Assembly: GCA_030603465.1 (NCBI GenBank)
Contig: JAUVXT010000002.1
Location: 1-32,000, forward strand
Source of the DNA: Deltaproteobacteria bacterium
GTDB taxonomy: Bacteria; Desulfobacterota; Syntrophia; Syntrophales; UBA2210
DNA: 32,000 nt
Reading direction: 5' to 3'
The notes beneath the pieces were generated by a model, which made no database searches, was not told where the DNA came from, and saw nothing but the letters and a program-made list of their open reading frames with translations. Position numbers and translations under genes: made by a program. How positions within the stretch are numbered: position 1 is the stretch's first letter; each line of letters opens with the position of its first letter. Positions 8,645 through 15,802 of the stretch are shown here, piece by piece.

Positions 8645-10114
8645 ATGGAAGATTTGAGAAGCTGGATAAAACTTTTGGAAGATGAAGGTGAACTGGCAAG
8701 GATCACTACGGAGGTTGACTGGAACCTGGAAATCGGCGCAATTTTACGCAAGGTTATGGACAAAGGCGGGCCAGCTATCCTCTTTGAGAATATCAAAGAT
8801 TACAAGGATACTATCTCTACAAAGATGTTCGCCCACGGCCTAAACAGAAAGACCTTTCCCCTTGCCCTCGGGAAGCCAAAGGATACGAAGCGTGACGAAT
8901 TATCACAAATATTCAGAGATGCGATCCACAATCCCGTTATGTATAAAACCGTCGAGTCGGGCCCTGTAAAAGAGAATAAAATTACCGGCTCCGACATTGA
9001 TTTGTACCAGTTCCCCACGCCTATGTGGCACTCGCCTGATGGCGGCAGATATATGATGACGTGGTGTGCGGTTATAACGAGGGACCCTGATACAGGAGAA
9101 CATAACGTCGGCGCCTATCGCGGAATGCTGACCGCTAAAGATCAGATGTCGGTGCTGATAATATTATCACAGGGGTGGGGTGTTCACTTTTCAAAGTACT
9201 GTCAGCGTCAGGAGAAGATGCCCATTGCCGTTGTCTGGGGCTATGAGCCCACGCTTGGTATCGTCGCGGGAAGTCAGATCCCCATGGGGATGGATGAATA
9301 CAAGGTGATGGGAGCCCTTAGAGGCGAGCCCGTACCCCTTGTGAAATGTGAAAACTCGGAGATAATGGTCCCCGCCTCTGCCGAACTGGTAGTCGAAGGG
9401 TATGTAGATCCCGATCCCACGAACTATGCCATGGAAGGTATCTTTGGCGAATATACGGGATACTACGGTGGTGCGCGGAGGCCCCGTCATACCTTGCAGG
9501 TTGAATGTATTACGCACAGGAATGATCCGATTTTCCGCGGCAGCATGGAGGGATCGGGTCCGGGGCATCCCAATGAGAATACCTGGATTTACGCGGTTAC
9601 AAGCAAGGTGAATTTCATGGAGGCGCTGGAGAGGGCCGGTGTGCCGGGAATCATTGATGTCAGGCCGGGACCCGTCTGTTATGTCAAGATCAGGCAGGCG
9701 TACAATGGTCATGCCAAGCAGGTTGCCAATGCTCTCTGGGGTTCATGGTCTGCCGAATGGATGTACAAGGTACTTGTCGTAGTCGACCATGATATCGATA
9801 TAAATGATCATCGGCAAATCGACTGGGCCCTCTGTTACCGTATGGAACCCGGCACACACGATATTATCACAATGCCTCATACCCGCGGGGGCGGCCTGGA
9901 TCTGGCAGAATACGATGACACGCTCTTCGGAACGGGGAGTCGTGGAAGGATACTCCTTGATGCGACAAGAGATATAAAAAAGGCAAAGCGCGATAAATAT
10001 GGGAACCTTGATTGGGGACCATTTTCCTACGATCTGGATGAGCCGGAAAAAGAGCTGATCGAGAGAAGATGGGATGAATATGGAATCAAACTGCCTGAAA
10101 GAAAGAAGAGATAA
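8645..10114 (+). CDS. ubiD: UbiD-family prFMN-dependent (de)carboxylase
   Basis: Typical N-terminus DLRSWIKLLEDEGELARITTEVDWNLEIGAI, plus VGAYRGM and the EGIFGEYTGYYG active-site block. Length is 489 aa. An AGGAGG RBS is present. Confidence 0.9.
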   Translation: MEDLRSWIKLLEDEGELARITTEVDWNLEIGAILRKVMDKGGPAILFENIKDYKDTISTKMFAHGLNRKTFPLALGKPKDTKRDELSQIFRDAIHNPVMYKTVESGPVKENKITGSDIDLYQFPTPMWHSPDGGRYMMTWCAVITRDPDTGEHNVGAYRGMLTAKDQMSVLIILSQGWGVHFSKYCQRQEKMPIAVVWGYEPTLGIVAGSQIPMGMDEYKVMGALRGEPVPLVKCENSEIMVPASAELVVEGYVDPDPTNYAMEGIFGEYTGYYGGARRPRHTLQVECITHRNDPIFRGSMEGSGPGHPNENTWIYAVTSKVNFMEALERAGVPGIIDVRPGPVCYVKIRQAYNGHAKQVANALWGSWSAEWMYKVLVVVDHDIDINDHRQIDWALCYRMEPGTHDIITMPHTRGGGLDLAEYDDTLFGTGSRGRILLDATRDIKKAKRDKYGNLDWGPFSYDLDEPEKELIERRWDEYGIKLPERKKR

Positions 10115-10128
10115 AGAGGTAAATGAAT

Positions 10129-10179
10129 ACAGGGCAGTATGATTGGTGGTTTTTCTCGCTGTTAGTAATGCTGTCCTGT
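10129..10179 (+). terminator. Long imperfect stem-loop after ubiD (possible terminator or attenuator)
   Basis: ACAGGGCAGTA pairs with TAATGCTGTCCTGT (11 pairs including 2 G-U) around a 26-nt loop. A T-rich tract follows, but this is not a canonical intrinsic terminator. Confidence 0.25.
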
Positions 10180-10282
10180 TTCCAACATTTGGTTTATTTA
10201 CATGATTTTCGGAGTGAAAGACGTGCTCTGCGGGTAACCGGTCGGGAATTATAGATAGGCTGAAAGGAAAAGGAATTGGAGA

Positions 10283-12184
10283 ATGATCTTAGAGAAAGAA
10301 AAAACAGGTTTTAAGGATTTTATCTCGGCAGGCGCTTTAATCGCTATTGCCTGGTCGCTTTATCAGTTATATCTGGTCATTTTTGGCTTTCAGGTAGGAT
10401 ATCTGCAGAGACCCCTGCACCTGGTATTTGCGCTTGCTTTGACCTTCTTTCTCCGTCCCCTTGCTCGCGCTGAAATAAGCTGGATCAAATCCATAAAGGG
10501 CCTTGCAGTCACCATTGATGCCGGTTTAATTGCTTTATGCTTTGCAATCGGGATTTATGTAATGATCAGCTTACCGCGGATAGTGACGCGGATGCAGTAC
10601 GTAGATGATCTTTACAAACTGGATTATTTTTTCGCGATTATAGCGATATTGTTGGTCATGGAGGCATGCAGGCGTTTGCTGGGCTGGAGCCTTGTAATAG
10701 TGGGGGTGATTTTTATTGTCTATGGATTCATCGGACCCTGGATACCGGGAGGCCTTTCCCACAACGGGATATCGTTTCGGCACTTCATAGATATGAATTT
10801 CCTTACGGTGCAGGGGATGTACGGTATTCCCATCGGAGTCTCCGTTCGATATGTCTTCTATTTTGTACTCTTTGCTGCATTTCTGGAATTGTCGGGCGGT
10901 GGTGATCTCTTTATAGATCTGGCGAGACGATTGACGGGGACCACCCGTGGAGGATCGGCCAAGACGGCCGTTGTGGCGAGCAGCCTTATGGGGACGATCA
11001 GCGGCAGCGCCGTGGCCAATACGGTGGGAACAGGTGTCTTTACGATTCCACTGATGAAAAAATCGGGATACACATCCACCTTTGCAGGGGCAGTGGAGGC
11101 CACGGCATCCACGGGCGGGCAGATAATGCCGCCCATAATGGGTGCGGCGGCCTTTGTCATGGCTGAAATGGTGGGGGTTCCCTATTTGAAAATCATGGAG
11201 ATAGCCGTAATCCCGGCCATTATCTTTTACATTTCAATATTTGCTATTGTGGATCTTAAGGCCCAGAAAGATGGAATCTTGGGCATGAAAAAGAGTGAGC
11301 TCCCCACATTCAGGAGTATCTACAGGCGAATCCATTTAATTATACCCCTTATTGTGTTAGTGACGTCTATAATATCGGGGTCTACCATAATGATGGCGGC
11401 TTTCAGGAGTATTGTCACTGTGGTCATAGTGAGCTGGATAAGACAAGAGGATCGCCTTGGGCCGTATCAAATATTGAAGGCCCTGCAAAAGGGTGCTGAA
11501 AAGGCCCCTGTTATAGCCGTTCCTGCGGCATTGGCCGGAATTATTGTCGGTGTTGTCACCTATACAGGACTTGGACTCAAGTTCAGTTATCTGGTATTAG
11601 CAGTGTCTGGAGGTCACCTGCTTCTTGCGCTATTTCTTGTGATGATAACCTGTATTATCCTCGGAATGGGAATGCCCACGACTGCGGCTTACATACTGGG
11701 TGCCGTGATCATGGCGTCAGTCTTGCAGGATCTGGGAATCAATCGTTTGGCCGCCCACATGTTCATCTTTTATTTTGCTATTCTTTCTATGGTAACACCT
11801 CCCATAGCGCTTTGCGCCTATGCGGCGGCAGGCATTGCCGGCAGCAATATAATGCGCACGGGAGTCCAGGCCTTTGCGCTAAGCCTGGCCGGATTTATGG
11901 TTCCATATGTCTTTGTCTTCAATAACGCTCTTCTCATGCAGGGATCGGTATTAGAGGTACTGGGGGTTTCAATTAGTTGCGCATTCGGAGTGTGGGCACT
12001 GGCGGGCGTTGTAGTGGGGTATTTTTTCGGAAGATTGAATTATATGACTCGCCTTATACTCCTGGTTGCAGCCGTTTCTCTGGTTTCTCCTCAACTTGTA
12101 ACCGATGCGATTGGGATATCCTTGATCATTGCTGTTATAGGAATTCAAAACTTCTTAATGAAATTCACAAAAGTAAAAACTTAG
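10283..12184 (+). CDS. TRAP transporter fused permease (4TM/12TM fusion, TAXI-type)
   Basis: The 633-aa protein is highly hydrophobic and multi-spanning. It has DctM-like blocks (GGSAKTAVVASSLMGTISGSAVANTV, TGGQIMPPIMGAAAF). No binding-protein gene is adjacent. Confidence 0.8.
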   Translation: MILEKEKTGFKDFISAGALIAIAWSLYQLYLVIFGFQVGYLQRPLHLVFALALTFFLRPLARAEISWIKSIKGLAVTIDAGLIALCFAIGIYVMISLPRIVTRMQYVDDLYKLDYFFAIIAILLVMEACRRLLGWSLVIVGVIFIVYGFIGPWIPGGLSHNGISFRHFIDMNFLTVQGMYGIPIGVSVRYVFYFVLFAAFLELSGGGDLFIDLARRLTGTTRGGSAKTAVVASSLMGTISGSAVANTVGTGVFTIPLMKKSGYTSTFAGAVEATASTGGQIMPPIMGAAAFVMAEMVGVPYLKIMEIAVIPAIIFYISIFAIVDLKAQKDGILGMKKSELPTFRSIYRRIHLIIPLIVLVTSIISGSTIMMAAFRSIVTVVIVSWIRQEDRLGPYQILKALQKGAEKAPVIAVPAALAGIIVGVVTYTGLGLKFSYLVLAVSGGHLLLALFLVMITCIILGMGMPTTAAYILGAVIMASVLQDLGINRLAAHMFIFYFAILSMVTPPIALCAYAAAGIAGSNIMRTGVQAFALSLAGFMVPYVFVFNNALLMQGSVLEVLGVSISCAFGVWALAGVVVGYFFGRLNYMTRLILLVAAVSLVSPQLVTDAIGISLIIAVIGIQNFLMKFTKVKT

Positions 12185-12348
12185 AACGCTTAAGAAGTTG
12201 GTTCTTTTGATGTTAGCCCCGGCCACCACCAGGCGACCGATTTATCCACTTTACCTCGATAAATTTGTGGAATAATCAAGATGATAAAAAGTGTATGATG
12301 CGGCCAAAGTGGTACGTAACGTGTCGCTTTTGTCAGAGATCCAGCTTT

Positions 12349-12400
12349 CTGAACTGAACAGCGAGCGCATTCCCCGCTGCTTGCTGCGGGGAGCTTCAAT
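12349..12400 (+). repeat. Intergenic structured repeat R1, copy b (variant ending AGCTTCAAT)
   Basis: CTGAACTGAACAGCGAGCGCATT + CCCCGC (12372-12377) / GCGGGG (12386-12391) + AGCTTCAAT. It has the same orientation as copies a and c. Confidence 0.75.
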
Positions 12401-12570
12401 TAATGATCTTTTAAAAATAAGTTAACTGTTAAAGATTTTTTTCTTGACACAAGTTTAAATCAGATGTAGTGATAGTTGTTTGAATATTGCATTTAATATA
12501 TCAGAAATAGTAGCCCACTCAGAAGATATTATCAAGATATTTAGTAACTTAATAATTCGGAAGAAAAATT

Positions 12571-13296
12571 ATGAAGGATGTTAATTTACTCATACCCAGA
12601 TCAAAATCGCTAAAGGAAAGGGCGTATGATGTCCTGAAAGAGTTAATCTTTACCGGAAAGTTGGAACCGGGAAATCTTTATAATGAAAGTAGGCTTGCAG
12701 AGAGTATGGGAGTCTCCCGAACGCCTGTTAGAGAGGCCCTCCTGGAACTGAGCAGGGAGGGGATGGTAACATTTATGCCTGGCAAGGGTGTTAGGGTGCA
12801 AAAGATTACAAAGGCGCAGGTTCGGGATGTCTATGAGATACGTAAGATAATAGAAGGTTATGTCATCAAAAAAATTACCAGACAGCTTACTTCTTCAGAC
12901 CTGACAAAAATTCGAAATATTATTGTAAAGCAGGAAAAAACGTCTGAAAGAAAAGACAAACTTGCATTTATCAAAACCGATCGTGAAATGCACTTTTACC
13001 TATCCTCCAAGCTGGGGAACAGGCAGATGGATACGGTGCTATTTAACCTCAGAGATCAGATTCAGCGTATGGGAATAAAGGCCGTTGAAGAGGACAACAG
13101 ATCTCTACAGGTAATCGGGGAGCATTACGAAATTCTATCGGCGCTTGAAAGAAAGAATGAAAGAGAGGCCTATGATAAGTTGATGCGGCATCTATGTAAT
13201 TCGGAGGAGAATCTGGTTTCCAGTATTGATGAAGATGAAGATGAAGATGATGGTGTTGGTAATGATGATTTAATACAACACGACATAAGGAGGTAG
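12571..13296 (+). CDS. GntR/FadR-family transcriptional regulator with an acidic C-terminal tail
   Basis: wHTH block (LYNESRLAESMGVSRTPVREALLELSREGMV) plus an FCD-like domain. The tail is DEDEDEDDGVGNDD. The stop lies 7 nt before the ligase start. Confidence 0.85.
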   Translation: MKDVNLLIPRSKSLKERAYDVLKELIFTGKLEPGNLYNESRLAESMGVSRTPVREALLELSREGMVTFMPGKGVRVQKITKAQVRDVYEIRKIIEGYVIKKITRQLTSSDLTKIRNIIVKQEKTSERKDKLAFIKTDREMHFYLSSKLGNRQMDTVLFNLRDQIQRMGIKAVEEDNRSLQVIGEHYEILSALERKNEREAYDKLMRHLCNSEENLVSSIDEDEDEDDGVGNDDLIQHDIRR

Positions 13297-13303
13297 TGTC
13301 ACA

Positions 13304-14941
13304 ATGGAAAGCCATGTGGGATACGATACTTTTTTACAGATGGATAGTCACGGGTTTTACAAGTTGGAAATTCCCGAAAAATTGAATATGGCCAGGCAGA
13401 CAGTTGACTACTGGGCGGATCACGGAAGGGCTCAAGATGTGGCAATCTATTATAAAGACGAGGAAATAACTTACGGAGAGCTCAAGGATCTTACCGATAG
13501 ATTCGGTGCCGGTTTCCATAAAATGGGAGTTTCTAAAGGAGATTGCTACGTTATCAGGACTCCGAATCAGCCCGAATACGAAGTTGCATTCCTTGGAGGG
13601 CAGAAAATCGGGGCCATTCCCATTCCTACGAACATTATGTTGCGCGAAGGCGAATTGGTGCACATTATCAACAATAGCGAATCCGTTGCCGTTATCACCA
13701 CTTCTCAATACATTCAGGCGATTGAAAATATACGCCCCAAATGCAAAACACTGAAGTACGTCATAGTGATCGGAGAAACAGAGGGGGGTCAAATCTCATT
13801 TAATGATCTTATAAAAGAAGATGGTACGGCCCTCCCCTATGTGGAGACCCATAAAGATGATCCGGCATACTTCCTCTATACCTCGGGGACGACGGGAGCT
13901 CCGAAGGGCGTTGTGCATGCCCACCGCTTCATAATTGGAGCGGGTGATCCTATCGGAAAGTTTGCCATGGGGGTCCAGCGAGGCGACATATGCAGCGGTC
14001 CCACGGCTCTTACCTGGATGTATGCCCTTGGTCACAATTTCCTCTTTTCCCGGAGATGGGGCATCTCAACGGCTATCTATTATGATGAGCGTTTCAACAA
14101 GGAACGGACCTTTGAATTTATTGAGAGATACAAGCTGACGCACTTTATAGGCACCCCGACCATATACAAGATGTTGATGTCTATTAAAGATGCTGAAAAG
14201 AAATATGATACGAGTACGTTAAAGCAGTGTCTCAGTTCCGGTGAACCCCTTTTGGCGGAGACTGCCAGGGAATGGAAGAGGCGTTTCGGACTCGATATTC
14301 TTGACAGTATGGGTCAGACTGAGGCTCATGAATTCTGCACGACACAGGTGAACTTGAATATAAAAGTAGGGTCAATGGGAAAACCCCTTCCCGGAATCGA
14401 GGTGGCAATTGTCGATGACAACGGTGAGCGCCTTCCCCCCAACGAACTGGGGCATCTGGTTCTCAGGCGGGATCATCCGGGTCTTTTAAGAGAGTATCAC
14501 AAGAGTCCGGAACTTATGGAAGAAGTAACTTTTCCAAATAATTGGTATGACACGAAAGACTTGGCCTATATGGACGAGGACGGATATTTTTGGTATGGAT
14601 CTCGTTCTGATGATATTATGACTTGTCACGGTTATCGTATTTCTCCCTCTGATGTGGAGACGGCCCTGCAGGAACATGAGAAGGTCTTCGAGGCCGGTGT
14701 TGCGGGAGTTAAAGATCCCGAAATGGGGGACAAGGTGAAGGCGTGGGTCGTTCTTCACGAAGGATATGAAGGCTCTGAAGAGCTTGCAAAGGAACTCCAG
14801 GACTTCGTTAAGAAAACGATTGCGCCCTACAAATTTCCGAGAGAGATCGAGTTTATCAAGGAACTTCCCAAGAATTCGGCGGGAAAGATTCTGCGCAGGG
14901 AGTTGAGGCGATGGGAAAAAGAGAAGCTTGAAGGAAAATAA
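13304..14941 (+). CDS. AMP-forming aryl/acyl-CoA ligase (benzoate-CoA ligase-like adenylating enzyme)
   Basis: AMP-binding signature YTSGTTGAPKGV, GEPL, the hinge YDTKDLAYMDEDGYFWYGSRSDD, and a C-terminal PKNSAGKILRREL with the catalytic Lys. An AAGGAGG RBS is present. Confidence 0.9.
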   Translation: MESHVGYDTFLQMDSHGFYKLEIPEKLNMARQTVDYWADHGRAQDVAIYYKDEEITYGELKDLTDRFGAGFHKMGVSKGDCYVIRTPNQPEYEVAFLGGQKIGAIPIPTNIMLREGELVHIINNSESVAVITTSQYIQAIENIRPKCKTLKYVIVIGETEGGQISFNDLIKEDGTALPYVETHKDDPAYFLYTSGTTGAPKGVVHAHRFIIGAGDPIGKFAMGVQRGDICSGPTALTWMYALGHNFLFSRRWGISTAIYYDERFNKERTFEFIERYKLTHFIGTPTIYKMLMSIKDAEKKYDTSTLKQCLSSGEPLLAETAREWKRRFGLDILDSMGQTEAHEFCTTQVNLNIKVGSMGKPLPGIEVAIVDDNGERLPPNELGHLVLRRDHPGLLREYHKSPELMEEVTFPNNWYDTKDLAYMDEDGYFWYGSRSDDIMTCHGYRISPSDVETALQEHEKVFEAGVAGVKDPEMGDKVKAWVVLHEGYEGSEELAKELQDFVKKTIAPYKFPREIEFIKELPKNSAGKILRRELRRWEKEKLEGK

Positions 14942-14953
14942 TTATTTTACGAG

Positions 14954-15661
14954 GTGAAGCGCCAGGATATGGTTGAATCGTTTACAATAGACGGAGAAAA
15001 TGCAAAGCAAGACATCTCTGTGGATATTCATGGGGTCGTCCTTTGCGGATACACGGGACGTGATCAGGATGCCGTCAGAAAACACATAGAAGAATTGCGG
15101 AAGGAGGGTATTGAACCACCCCCTTCTGTGCCGATGTACTATCCCAAGCCACCCAGGGGGATTGAAAAGACCGGTGTGATTGATATTCAGGGGAGCGAAA
15201 CGTCGGGTGAAATTGAATATGTGCTGATTATTGATAAAGATAGTATATGTGTAGGACTTGGAAGCGATCATACGGATCGGGAGATGGAGAGACTCGATAT
15301 CTTGAAGTCGAAACAGGTATGTCCGGCCGTTGTTTCTCAAGAGATGTGGAACTATGACGACGTGAAGGATCACTGGGATGATATAGAGATCCGAAGCTGG
15401 GTTACGAAAGCGGATAAAAGAGAGATTTATCAGGATTCAACCCTTTCCACAATGCTGCTTCCCGAGGATTTGATTGACTTGGTGGGAAAACGGGTCAGCG
15501 GATCCCTTCATGGTATGGCAATCTTATCGGGTACTCCGCCCATCTTGACGGGGGAAATGATATTTGCGGACCGTTTCGAGGGAGAACTGTATGATCCCAT
15601 CTTGAAGAGAAAAATAACCATTGACTACTCGATTAAAACAATTGACTGGTTTAACGATTAG
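14954..15661 (+). CDS. DUF2848-like protein of unknown function
   Basis: The blocks GYTGRDQDAVRKHIEELRKEGIEPPPSVPMYY and GLGSDHTDRE match my memory of the DUF2848 family, which is about 220-235 aa. The start is uncertain: GTG at 14954 or ATG at 14969. Confidence 0.55.
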   Translation: MKRQDMVESFTIDGENAKQDISVDIHGVVLCGYTGRDQDAVRKHIEELRKEGIEPPPSVPMYYPKPPRGIEKTGVIDIQGSETSGEIEYVLIIDKDSICVGLGSDHTDREMERLDILKSKQVCPAVVSQEMWNYDDVKDHWDDIEIRSWVTKADKREIYQDSTLSTMLLPEDLIDLVGKRVSGSLHGMAILSGTPPILTGEMIFADRFEGELYDPILKRKITIDYSIKTIDWFND

Positions 15662-15708
15662 CCTTTAGTAAGTTAGAAAGTATTTTCTGCGTTTTCCGGC
15701 AGAGAGTA

Positions 15709-15746
15709 ATTTCGTTAACGCACTTATCCCGTTTATCGGGGTTAGG
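15709..15746 (+). repeat. Intergenic repeat R2, copy a
   Basis: ATTTCGTTAACGCACTTATCCCGTTTATCGGGG is the reverse complement of 31862-31898, with one mismatch over the 34-nt core (hand alignment). Confidence 0.7.
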
Positions 15747-15802
15747 TAGTTCCACGATGAAAAATGAGGGTAGTTGATGACTAAATTGTTAAGGAGAAGG
15801 TT

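Noticed and set aside
12190-12399. Minus-strand ORFs here and at 31598-31810 that start inside repeat R1 (MKLPAASSGECARCS..., MRSLFSS...).
   Set aside because: Their N-termini are simply translations of the repeat and hairpin. The rest is intergenic sequence or antisense to the GS-like gene.
12444-12472. A sigma70 promoter for the second GntR gene, based on a perfect TTGACA at 12444-12449.
   Set aside because: No acceptable -10 hexamer lies at 16-19 nt spacing (TAGTGA/AGTGAT). I kept it only as context for the adjacent AGTTAACT palindrome.
15662-15802. A Moco riboswitch upstream of the molybdenum enzyme genes.
   Set aside because: I could not recognise the conserved Moco-motif elements by eye, and most of the gap is occupied by repeat R2. 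A covariance-model scan would be needed to settle this.
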